Origin: Bacteriovoracaceae bacterium
GTDB taxonomy: Bacteria; Bdellovibrionota; Bacteriovoracia; Bacteriovoracales; Bacteriovoracaceae
Length of the DNA stretch: 64,000 nucleotides
Assembly (NCBI GenBank): GCA_041586955.1
Contig: JBFGZE010000004.1
Location: forward strand, 28,942-92,941
Reading direction: 5' to 3'
In this document: one piece after another, positions 51,213 through 59,746 of the stretch
Layout: each line of letters starts with the position of its first letter
How positions within the stretch are numbered: the stretch's first letter is position 1
Translations under genes and position numbers: made by a program
Notes under the pieces: generated by a model
Database searches by the model: none
Seen by the model: only the letters and a program-made list of their open reading frames with translations
What the model was told of the DNA's origin: nothing

Positions 51213-51524
51213 ATGTCGCAGAACCAGGAACTTGTACAATTATTAAATACGGCGATCGTAAAGAGTAAAGAGAAGCGTATTGATAGTTCCTATGAGGAAA
51301 GGCTTTCACAAGTTTGCCAAAGGCCAGCTATTGAAGCAATTTCTGTTGCCATTGCCCACCTTTCTGAAATCGAAAAAATTTCTCGTGACCAAGCTGCCAT
51401 TGAATTAGTTGAAACGATTAGAGAACTTGATTCTATTTGGAATGATTATGTTCTAATGGAAGGGCTTACAAAGCTTAAAGATCTCTTGAGCAACAACTCA
51501 ACAAACTCTCACCCACCTAGTTAA
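51213..51524 (+). CDS. Hypothetical small helical cytoplasmic protein
   Basis: Clean ORF with GAGGTGG SD before ATG 51213 (alternative GTG 51207); no recognisable family. Confidence 0.7.
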   Translation: MSQNQELVQLLNTAIVKSKEKRIDSSYEERLSQVCQRPAIEAISVAIAHLSEIEKISRDQAAIELVETIRELDSIWNDYVLMEGLTKLKDLLSNNSTNSHPPS

Positions 51525-52417
51525 CCTCTAACAACAAACCCCCACTCAATAGTTGTTTTACCATTTTTTATCATTCCTCTTGGAGGATTAGGAAAGGGCC
51601 CTGCTCTATTAAAGGCCTCTACAGCAGCATCATCTAATTCAGTTATACCACTGGTTCCCTTAATTAATATATCAATAATATTTCCTTTACCATCTAAAGT
51701 AATGATGAGGGATGTAATTTTATTTTCATTAGCAGGCATTCTTCGTCCCTTTCGGAAAAGCCTCTTTGCCTTCTCCTCTAATGAGTTTCCCCAATATTGC
51801 TCTAGCTTCTGCTTAATACGATGATAAAAACCATAATATTTATATTCTGTTGTATTCAAGCGAGTCATATCCCCCAAGGGAATATCTTCAATAAAATCAT
51901 TTGTTTGAGCGATGGATAATTGGCCTTTCTTAGAAGTATTTGTTTCGGTAGCCGTTTCTTCTTTTAACAATTCCTCAACTGGCATTGATAAATCACTAAG
52001 CTTTAAATTTCCTGGCCGCTTTAACTTTGCTTTACTGAGTTTAGAGATCTTTTTATTTTGGCGCTGTACCTTTTTACTAATCTGACGTTTTCTCTGTTGA
52101 GATTTTTGAGTTGCCGAATTTTTATTGGCAAACTTTCCAACTCGAGAGGCCATTGTTTGACGATCAAAAGAGTTATTCTTTTCAGATAAAAAACGGCTTT
52201 CCCTAACGGGTACCTTATTATTTTTTTCCGTTTCAACAATTTGTTTTTTAGTACGATCTTTTAAAATAAGACGAATTCTTTTTTCTTTTTTCTTTGCGAG
52301 TAGCGAGATAGCATCACGCTTATCCTCGCTAATACTAAAAAATAATCCCGCTATATGTGTCAGAAAAGACATTAATAAACATAGTAGGAATAAAGATTTT
52401 AGGTTCATTTTGGGCAT
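51521..52417 (-). CDS. TonB/TolA-family energy transducer (N-terminal TM, basic linker, TonB C-terminal domain)
   Basis: TM with SFLTH (S-x3-H), C-terminal TSGITELDDAAVEAFNRAGPFPNPP. Confidence 0.8.
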   Translation of the reverse strand: MPKMNLKSLFLLCLLMSFLTHIAGLFFSISEDKRDAISLLAKKKEKRIRLILKDRTKKQIVETEKNNKVPVRESRFLSEKNNSFDRQTMASRVGKFANKNSATQKSQQRKRQISKKVQRQNKKISKLSKAKLKRPGNLKLSDLSMPVEELLKEETATETNTSKKGQLSIAQTNDFIEDIPLGDMTRLNTTEYKYYGFYHRIKQKLEQYWGNSLEEKAKRLFRKGRRMPANENKITSLIITLDGKGNIIDILIKGTSGITELDDAAVEAFNRAGPFPNPPRGMIKNGKTTIEWGFVVRG

Positions 52418-52439
52418 AAGTAATGGTCCTCGCCATTAC

Positions 52440-52466
52440 TTATCGGTCGGTTTCATGGGAGTTTTA
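52440..52466 (-). promoter_or_regulatory. Putative sigma28 (FliA) promoter of the TonB-family gene
   Basis: Minus strand TAAA-N15-ACCGATAA, one mismatch to TAAA-N15-GCCGATAA, within the 50-nt intergenic gap. Confidence 0.65.
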
Positions 52467-52467
52467 A

Positions 52468-55191
52468 TTATTGTTGGCTATAATAATCATCTTCCTCAAG
52501 TACCTGACCCATCTCTTCAACCTTTAGGTTTTCAACCTTTTCAATAAAGTCATCCTCTTGTCCAGGCTCAGTATTTTCCACAAAGGCCTCCAAAAAACTA
52601 TCTTTTTGTCCAGATTGCTGTACTTTACCCGTTTGCTTATTAATAAAAACATTCACAATGCCCTCAGGGATTTTAAAATCACTTTCTCCGTATTTTGTGA
52701 TGCCGGCCTTCATAAAAGCTTTCCAAATGGGAAGAGCAGATTTGGCCCCTGTTTCACCCCAGCCTAAAGTTTTATTATCATCAAAACCAGTCCAAACACC
52801 AGTGACAAGGTTATTGCTAAAGCCAATAAACCAAGCATCGACATAATTGTTTGTTGTGCCTGTTTTACCACCAATATAGGGGCTAATTTTGCGCGCTGAC
52901 CTGCCCGTTCCGTGACGTACAATCCCCTTCATTAAATTCGACATGATATATGCAAGCTTTTTATCATAAACCTGCTCTTCATCTAGATTCATGAGAAATG
53001 GGTTTTTAGGTATTTCTATTTTTAGGTCTTCAGCGGCAATAGGCTCTTTAATCTCGTCTAATAATTCGTTTTCATTATTTTCGTTGGTTAATTCACTTTC
53101 ACCAAACTCTACTTTATTCCCATCCCTATCGGTAACACTTTCAATAGCACGAACCATTAATTTTTTTCCACCATTTGGAAAAATGCCATAAGTCGACACA
53201 ATGTCCATCAAAGTCACTCCAAATGAGCCCAACGAGACACTCAGGTCAGGGTCAAGTTTTGCTTTAAAGCCGATTCTATCGGCAAAAGAAAATATTCCCT
53301 TCACACCGATGCTATGGGCGATTTTAATAGTGGGAACATTTCGACTTTGCTCTAAAGCGTTACGAAATGTTATGGGACCTTTAAATTTGCCGTCATAATT
53401 ACGTGGCTTCCAATTCAAAGCATCATCTACTCCACCTAAGGCCTCTGGAGAATCAATAATAATTGTTGCTGGTGTATAATCATGCTCTAGCGCAGCGGCA
53501 AAAAGAATTGGCTTAAAACTACTTCCTGGTTGTCTTTTTGACTGTAGTGCACGGTTAAATTGCGATTTGTTAAAATCCGTACCACCAACCAACGAGACGA
53601 TGCGCCCCGTAGCAGGACTTAACGATACTATTGCCGCCTGAGCTTCTGGCTCTTGATCAAGATCTAAAATTAAATATTTCTGTTTTTTAATCAAGGTTTT
53701 TGTTTTAGCGTTTTTCTTATTGATGTATTTTTGAAATGCTTTAGAAACATTATTATAAAGGCCACCATTTAACTTTTTAATATCAACGAGAACAATATCA
53801 CCAGGTTTGAATACTCTACTTGGCCTTTGTAATAATGTATAATAGGTTCTCTCTTCTGTGATATTCCTTTCATGTGCCCAATTATAGCCATCATAGGGGA
53901 TTATACCTCTTAAACCCATTAAATTGACATATATGACTCTTGCCCAGTCATCGACCTTTTCAACAACAGCTTCGAAATTTTCATTTTCCCTTAAGAGACT
54001 TAAAACTTTGTCCGTGTCCAAATTACCAGAATGAAACCTTTTATCTCTAACGTCCTCTTTAAATTTTAAACTTACTTCTCTAATAACATCCATTTCACTT
54101 TCGTCAAACTCAAGCTCGTAGGCCCTTTTATAATCTGAGTCAACTGTGAAAAATAATGAATTATCCCTATAAAACTTAATCCTTTCCTTCGCATTACGCT
54201 CATCAAGATTTTTTACTTCTATTTTTCCCAAAGGTCCTTTGTAACCCTGCCTTTTATCAATACTTTTGGCGCCCTTTATAATTTCCTGCTCGGCGATTTT
54301 TTGTAATTCATAATCTAACGAGGTGTGAACTTTATAGCCCCCCGTCTTAAATTCCTCTTCACCAATATGCTTAATAACCTCTTGCCTAACCCAATCCGTG
54401 AAGTACCCCGCCAAAAATTCATGGCCCGACTTGAGCTTAAACCTTAACTTATATTGTCTGGCCTCCTCATATTCGTCCTGAGTAATTTTACCATTCGCAA
54501 GCATTCTCTTTAAAACATATTCTTGCCTCATCTTTGCTTTTTCAGGATTGCGATACGGGGAGTACTTACTGGGGGCAACTAATAATCCCGCAATCATCGC
54601 TGCTTCTGCAACAGAAATCTCCTCAAGCGTCTTGCCATAATAACCCTTAAAAGCGGACTTTATTCCATAGTATCCGCCACCTAAATAGACTTGATTAAGA
54701 TAAAGATAAAGTATCTCTTCCTTGGAAAACTTCTGTTCAATTTTTCGTGCTAATAAAAAATCTTTTATTTTTCTAGTAATTGATCTTTCACTTGTAAGCA
54801 GTAATGACTTTGCAACCTGTTGGGTAATAGTACTTCCCCCCTGGACAACTCGACCGGCCTTAATGTTTGCCAAAAAGGCACGTAAAATACCGACGTAATG
54901 AACACCTCCATGCTCATAAAAATCCGAATCTTCAGCGGATAAAAAAGCATTTAAGATACGTTCTGGAACTTCTTCTAGAGGAACAGGGTATCGCCTTTCT
55001 TTTGCAACCTCTGCTAAAACCGTTCCGTCTTGTGCCAATATTTGAGAAGGTATCGCTGGCCTATAATCGGCAAGTGTTGAAATTTTTGGCAGACTTAAGG
55101 AAAAATAAAATATTACAGAAAAAACACAAATCGCTCCCAAAATAGAACAAAAAATACCGGCAAAAAATAGTCTTAATATAATCTTTTTCAT
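52468..55191 (-). CDS. mrcA: Class A penicillin-binding protein 1A (transglycosylase/transpeptidase with a large insertion)
   Basis: TM, AEDSDFYEH, GGSTITQQ, RKIKD, SSFK (SxxK), SRN, GKTGT. Confidence 0.93.
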   Translation of the reverse strand: MKKIILRLFFAGIFCSILGAICVFSVIFYFSLSLPKISTLADYRPAIPSQILAQDGTVLAEVAKERRYPVPLEEVPERILNAFLSAEDSDFYEHGGVHYVGILRAFLANIKAGRVVQGGSTITQQVAKSLLLTSERSITRKIKDFLLARKIEQKFSKEEILYLYLNQVYLGGGYYGIKSAFKGYYGKTLEEISVAEAAMIAGLLVAPSKYSPYRNPEKAKMRQEYVLKRMLANGKITQDEYEEARQYKLRFKLKSGHEFLAGYFTDWVRQEVIKHIGEEEFKTGGYKVHTSLDYELQKIAEQEIIKGAKSIDKRQGYKGPLGKIEVKNLDERNAKERIKFYRDNSLFFTVDSDYKRAYELEFDESEMDVIREVSLKFKEDVRDKRFHSGNLDTDKVLSLLRENENFEAVVEKVDDWARVIYVNLMGLRGIIPYDGYNWAHERNITEERTYYTLLQRPSRVFKPGDIVLVDIKKLNGGLYNNVSKAFQKYINKKNAKTKTLIKKQKYLILDLDQEPEAQAAIVSLSPATGRIVSLVGGTDFNKSQFNRALQSKRQPGSSFKPILFAAALEHDYTPATIIIDSPEALGGVDDALNWKPRNYDGKFKGPITFRNALEQSRNVPTIKIAHSIGVKGIFSFADRIGFKAKLDPDLSVSLGSFGVTLMDIVSTYGIFPNGGKKLMVRAIESVTDRDGNKVEFGESELTNENNENELLDEIKEPIAAEDLKIEIPKNPFLMNLDEEQVYDKKLAYIMSNLMKGIVRHGTGRSARKISPYIGGKTGTTNNYVDAWFIGFSNNLVTGVWTGFDDNKTLGWGETGAKSALPIWKAFMKAGITKYGESDFKIPEGIVNVFINKQTGKVQQSGQKDSFLEAFVENTEPGQEDDFIEKVENLKVEEMGQVLEEDDYYSQQ

Positions 55192-55203
55192 AATTTAAAC
55201 TCT

Positions 55204-56058
55204 TTATAGCTCATTTTTAAGCTTTCTTTTCACAAGGTCTAGTCTACCATCTTTTTTTAATAAAAAGTCTTGCGCTAGGCCTGCCAAAACACTGCTCAGA
55301 TTTTTCTTATACTTAATAGGAAGTGCTAGCTCCAATTTAAAATCGGACTTAATATTTTTTAAATTCTTTTCAGTGCAGGACTGTTTAATCTTAAAGTTAA
55401 ATGTAGAACTTATAACGAAACGATTTTTAAAAATAGGATAATAATCAACTACTTCTTGACAAGAACTAAAGGCCTTCACGCTGTCTAAAATGGCATTGCG
55501 AATAAGGCCAGTACGAATGACTTCTATCTTGTTATCTATTTTAGTAAGAATTTTTAACTGGTCCAGGGTGCTTAAAATTTCCTTATCACCCAACTTTTCC
55601 TTCAAATATATTTCGAGGGCGTTAAACCATGAAGTCGAATATATTTTTTTATTTTTAAGATGAGATTTAAGCTTAAAAAGTTCCCATTGAATTTTTGATT
55701 CAGTATGACCTTGGTTAAAATAATAACCAATCAACGACGAAAGGCCCATGGTATAAAGAGTTTCAATAACGATGCCCTTTTCTTTGAGTCTTTTAATTAA
55801 TGATAAATTAAGAAATGTCTCATAATGTCCTGAGGATAATATAAGTCCAACAGAATCATGTTTAAAATCATCACCGTTTGATTTTTCTAAATCATTATCT
55901 AGTGAAAGAATAATCGGTCTTTTTTTACGACTAGAGTAACTTTCTTCAATACCCGTGATTGCATCGTTACCTGCAGGGGGCCTGGTCGCACAATTACTTA
56001 AAAGAGTAACGATTAGAAGCAAAAGAATGTTAGAGATTTTCCTCTTTGAGATCATCAT
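55204..56058 (-). CDS. Hypothetical lipoprotein with a degenerate patatin-like N-terminal segment
   Basis: Lipobox-like LLSNC. VGLILSSGHYETFLNLSLIKRLKEKGIVIE resembles patatin block I but lacks GGGxR and GxSxG. Confidence 0.5.
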   Translation of the reverse strand: MMISKRKISNILLLLIVTLLSNCATRPPAGNDAITGIEESYSSRKKRPIILSLDNDLEKSNGDDFKHDSVGLILSSGHYETFLNLSLIKRLKEKGIVIETLYTMGLSSLIGYYFNQGHTESKIQWELFKLKSHLKNKKIYSTSWFNALEIYLKEKLGDKEILSTLDQLKILTKIDNKIEVIRTGLIRNAILDSVKAFSSCQEVVDYYPIFKNRFVISSTFNFKIKQSCTEKNLKNIKSDFKLELALPIKYKKNLSSVLAGLAQDFLLKKDGRLDLVKRKLKNEL

Positions 56059-56239
56059 TAAGTTTTGTAACCTTTTTTTCCACTTGTTCTAAAGTTTTTT
56101 TACAATCTTTGTATTTTTTGACACCTTTTTCAAAAAGCTTCAAGCAGTCTTCAAGGTCCAAGCTACCATCTTCCAATTGACCAACTATACCCTCTAACTC
56201 TTCTATTTTATTTTCAAAAGTTTGCTTTTCTCCACTCAT
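56030..56239 (-). CDS. xseB: Exodeoxyribonuclease VII small subunit
   Basis: FENKIEELEGIVGQLEDGSLDLEDCLKLFEKG. Confidence 0.92.
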   Translation of the reverse strand: MSGEKQTFENKIEELEGIVGQLEDGSLDLEDCLKLFEKGVKKYKDCKKTLEQVEKKVTKLNDDLKEENL

Positions 56240-56344
56240 ATGATTAATACCCCTGTCGACCCATTGACGCCTTATGCAAAAAAGACCCCAAAAATTTGTT
56301 CTAATTTACATCTATTAGGCTATTTTTGCCCCTCAAGAATACAT

Positions 56345-56357
56345 TATCAACCACTTA
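56345..56357 (+). promoter_or_regulatory. IHF-binding consensus site upstream of flgF
   Basis: TATCAACCACTTA matches WATCAANNNNTTR exactly. Confidence 0.5.
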
Positions 56358-56391
56358 GTTTCCATGGATAATTTTGCCCTTGTGGAAGAAT

Positions 56392-56407
56392 TGGCATGTC
56401 AGTTGTT
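56392..56407 (+). promoter_or_regulatory. Putative sigma54 (-24/-12) promoter of the flg operon
   Basis: TGGCATG-TCAG-TTGTT versus TGGCACG-N4-TTGCW; correct spacing, with GT instead of GC at -12. Confidence 0.55.
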
Positions 56408-56442
56408 ATCCTATGATTGATAACCGCCAAGGAGGGTAGGTT

Positions 56443-57279
56443 TTGAAAGATCTTTGGGTACCCATCTCAGGTGCAATTGCGCAACAGAAGAAAGTTGATA
56501 ATATCGCTAATAATGTTGCGAATGCGAATACACCTGGCTTTAAAAAAGACAGAATGGTCTTTAAGGAGTATCTCACGGCCCAAGAAAAAGGAGCTGATAT
56601 AGACCTTCCAAGTAAAGAGTGGGCCCCAGAAGATTTTTACCGCACCTACGGCGCAGAACAGGCCCAAGTCCAAGTTGATGGCAGCTTCACGATCCATGAA
56701 CAAGGTCAATTAACTCCCACGGGTAACCCCTTAGACATTGCCCTTAAAGGTCAAGGTCTTATTGAAGTGCTTACGCCAAACGGCATCCGCTATACACGCA
56801 AAGGTCTCCTAGGGCTAAACAAAAATGGTCTTCTCGTTACTCATGATGGAAATCTGGTTTTAAAAAGCTTTGAAGTTGATAAAGATAACCCCAATTTGGA
56901 TGAAGCGATCGAGTCTGTACCCAAAGCAATTGATCGTACAATTCAATTAAATGGCAAGAATGTCGCTATTAATATTCAGGGCGAAATATTCGTTGATAAC
57001 AATAGGGTGGCCGCACTCTCTGTTGTAGATTTTAAAGATATTCATGCTTTAAAAAAGGAAGGTAACTCTTTATTTATCAACGAAGATATCAATAACCTTT
57101 TACCTAAAAACCCAAAGGTAATGGTTCATCAGGGTTTTATAGAAGAGTCAAACGTCAACGCCATCGAAGAGATGTCTTCACTAATTAAAGCACACAGGCA
57201 ATTTGATAGCATTCAAAAAGTAATCAAGGCCTACGACAATATCTCAGGGAGAGGGGTCAATGAAATTTCAAAATTTTAA
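56443..57279 (+). CDS. flgF: Flagellar basal-body rod protein FlgF
   Basis: IANNVANANTPGFKK, TGNPLDIALKG, YTRKG, EESNVN. TTG start after AGGAGG. Confidence 0.9.
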   Translation: MKDLWVPISGAIAQQKKVDNIANNVANANTPGFKKDRMVFKEYLTAQEKGADIDLPSKEWAPEDFYRTYGAEQAQVQVDGSFTIHEQGQLTPTGNPLDIALKGQGLIEVLTPNGIRYTRKGLLGLNKNGLLVTHDGNLVLKSFEVDKDNPNLDEAIESVPKAIDRTIQLNGKNVAINIQGEIFVDNNRVAALSVVDFKDIHALKKEGNSLFINEDINNLLPKNPKVMVHQGFIEESNVNAIEEMSSLIKAHRQFDSIQKVIKAYDNISGRGVNEISKF

Positions 57280-58117
57280 TATATTTAGCCTTTTAGTTGT
57301 AATTACACTTCTACCAAGCTCCACCTTAGCGCAAATGCGTGCGCTGCATACAGCGGCAACAGGTATGGCCGCTCAAGAAACAAACGTCAATACGATATCC
57401 AATAATATCGCCAACCTTGGTACAACCGCCTATAAAAAAAGAAGAGCTGAGTTTGAATCACTTCTGTATGAAACCATTCAAGAAGCAGGGGCCAGGTCAA
57501 GCGGTGACTCCCAATATAGTGTCGGTCTACAAATAGGCTCAGGATCTAAAATCTCATCCGTTCGTAAAAATTTTACCCAAGGCTCACCCCAAGTCACCAA
57601 CAACCCTTTTGACTTGATGATTAATGGTGATGGTTTTTTTGGAGTTATGCATCCTTCAAATCAAATTTATTACACAAGGGATGGTAGCTTTAATGTCGAC
57701 AACCAAGGTCAAATCGTGAACAGTAACGGTAATAAGCTAATGCCTGTTGTAGTCGTACCTCCAAATACCATCAATGTTAGTATTTCAGAGAATGGACAAA
57801 TCGAAGCCTATATTCGCAACCAAACAGAGCCCGTAAATCTAGGGCAAATCCCCGTTTACACATTTGTCAATCCTGTAGGCCTTAAATCTATAGGAAAAAA
57901 CCTTCTCGAACCAAGCCAATCTAGTGGCGCCCCCATTTCAAATATCGCTGGTGAAAGTAATGCAGGAATTATTCAACAAGGTTTTCTCGAAGCTTCCAAT
58001 GTAAGTGTAATGAATGAAATGACGGGACTAATTAAGGCGCAAAGATCCTACGAAATGAATTCAAAAGTAATGAGAATTGCAGATGAAATGTTACAAACGA
58101 TAAACAACATAAGGTAA
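57260..58117 (+). CDS. flgG: Flagellar distal rod protein FlgG, with a predicted N-terminal signal peptide
   Basis: MRALHTAATGMAAQ, NNIANLGTTAYKK, LQIGSG, YTRDGSF, LEASNV, QRSYEMNSK; 25 extra N-terminal residues. Confidence 0.93.
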   Translation: MKFQNFNIFSLLVVITLLPSSTLAQMRALHTAATGMAAQETNVNTISNNIANLGTTAYKKRRAEFESLLYETIQEAGARSSGDSQYSVGLQIGSGSKISSVRKNFTQGSPQVTNNPFDLMINGDGFFGVMHPSNQIYYTRDGSFNVDNQGQIVNSNGNKLMPVVVVPPNTINVSISENGQIEAYIRNQTEPVNLGQIPVYTFVNPVGLKSIGKNLLEPSQSSGAPISNIAGESNAGIIQQGFLEASNVSVMNEMTGLIKAQRSYEMNSKVMRIADEMLQTINNIR

Positions 58118-58118
58118 A

Positions 58119-58985
58119 ATGATAAAAATATTAATCTCTATTTTTATTTGTGTATGCACTCCTATTATTGCGTGTGAGGTGTCTCTATTTCATACTTATA
58201 TTAACTTAAATGTCGAAGGTGATTCATTTATAAAATCACATAAAAATTGTAATTTAGATATAATCGCTAATATCAATGAGGTTCTCGCACAAAAATCAGG
58301 TATTGTTTCTACAGACCCTATCGCCAGCTCTCTGCGTTTTGACCATAAGGGCCTCACCTTAACACCCAAAACAATTAATATCTTGCTCTCGAAAGATCTA
58401 ATTAAGCAGGATAATAAAAACATAAAATTGGAAATTTTGAAAAGTGGTACTCTAAAGCGCCTGTTTGGTTTAGGTCCAAAAGATACTTATCACGCTGATT
58501 GCAAAGATTGTCAAAATCCCGGTGTCCACCATCTCGCCATCACAATCAATGGCCGTGAAGATCGCTCTACAAGAAAATTTTGGTTTAAAACTAAAACCTC
58601 TATCGAAAAAACAATTCTCTATGCGAACCGCTCAATACATTATAATACGCCTCTAAAAAAATCTTATTTCTCTATAAAAAAAATATTTGTTAGTGACCCT
58701 GAAAAATATTTCAGTAGCAACACTCCTATCCATTTTTTTAAAACATCCAGGACAGTTCAGTCAGGATTACCCTTGTTACAAAATGGAATTAGACCACGCA
58801 TGCTTGTTAAAAACAATTCGCCCGTGAAAGTAATCCTAAGGAATGGCGCACTTCAAATGAAATCCATTGGCACTGCCATGGGTTCTGGGAAACTTGATGA
58901 GATTATAACAGTTCAAAATACTAAAACAAAAAAGGCCTATAGTGGCAAAATTATTGATTTTAATAAAGTACTGGTTGAATTATGA
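58119..58985 (+). CDS. flgA: Flagellar P-ring assembly chaperone FlgA
   Basis: C-terminal LVKNNSPVKV...GTAMGSGKLDEIITVQN; signal peptide; position between flgG and flgH. Confidence 0.8.
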   Translation: MIKILISIFICVCTPIIACEVSLFHTYINLNVEGDSFIKSHKNCNLDIIANINEVLAQKSGIVSTDPIASSLRFDHKGLTLTPKTINILLSKDLIKQDNKNIKLEILKSGTLKRLFGLGPKDTYHADCKDCQNPGVHHLAITINGREDRSTRKFWFKTKTSIEKTILYANRSIHYNTPLKKSYFSIKKIFVSDPEKYFSSNTPIHFFKTSRTVQSGLPLLQNGIRPRMLVKNNSPVKVILRNGALQMKSIGTAMGSGKLDEIITVQNTKTKKAYSGKIIDFNKVLVEL

Positions 58986-59743
58986 ATAAAATTTTTCTTC
59001 TTCTATTCTTAATTGTTTCACTAAACTCTTGCGGTGGTTACGTCTCTAGTATGTACAAGGAGCTCGACAACAGTGAAAAAGTAAAACGGCGAAGACGGGG
59101 TAAAATGCCCTCTGAATTATCTATTTTCAGAAGAAAGAATCTATTAAAGTCAAAACAAGGAATTAGCACCAATGGCCATAGGCAATATGCGCCTCCAGTA
59201 AAAAGAAATTACTCAGGTCGAAAAACGAACTCCAGAAGAACAACAACCAGTGACCTCAACGACAATAATAACAGCGCAAGTCTTTGGAGTGGGGAAAGAG
59301 GAAATAATCAATTTTTATTCACACTGAATAAAGAGAAACGTTACGGGGATATTGTTCTCATCAATGTCCTTGAGTCGCTGAAAAAAGAAATACAAGTTGA
59401 ACTCCAAAGGGCATTTCCCAAAAGACGACCTCCTACAAAAGACAAGGCCGGAAAAGACGCTGGCAAAGAAGGCGAAACGACACCAAAAGAAGAAGTCGCT
59501 TCAACAGAGCCTGAGGCAAATGACTCGGAAGGCAATGGTAATTTTCATGATCGTATTTCCAGTATCGTTATAGAAGAAATCAACGCCGATCACCTTCTTG
59601 TTCGCGGTCGAAAACATATTTTATATCAAAAAAGAAAAAGATTAGTAGAAGTTCAAGCGCTGCTTTCAAGGCGGGATATTCAAGATGACGATACTATTAA
59701 TTCTAATAATTTAATCGAAAGCACCGTCACGATTATAAGGTAA
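58982..59743 (+). CDS. flgH: Flagellar L-ring lipoprotein FlgH (divergent)
   Basis: Lipobox LNSC, SLW, GDIVLINVLE, LLVRGRK, DIQDDDTINS. Confidence 0.78.
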   Translation: MNKIFLLLFLIVSLNSCGGYVSSMYKELDNSEKVKRRRRGKMPSELSIFRRKNLLKSKQGISTNGHRQYAPPVKRNYSGRKTNSRRTTTSDLNDNNNSASLWSGERGNNQFLFTLNKEKRYGDIVLINVLESLKKEIQVELQRAFPKRRPPTKDKAGKDAGKEGETTPKEEVASTEPEANDSEGNGNFHDRISSIVIEEINADHLLVRGRKHILYQKRKRLVEVQALLSRRDIQDDDTINSNNLIESTVTIIR

Positions 59744-59746
59744 TAC

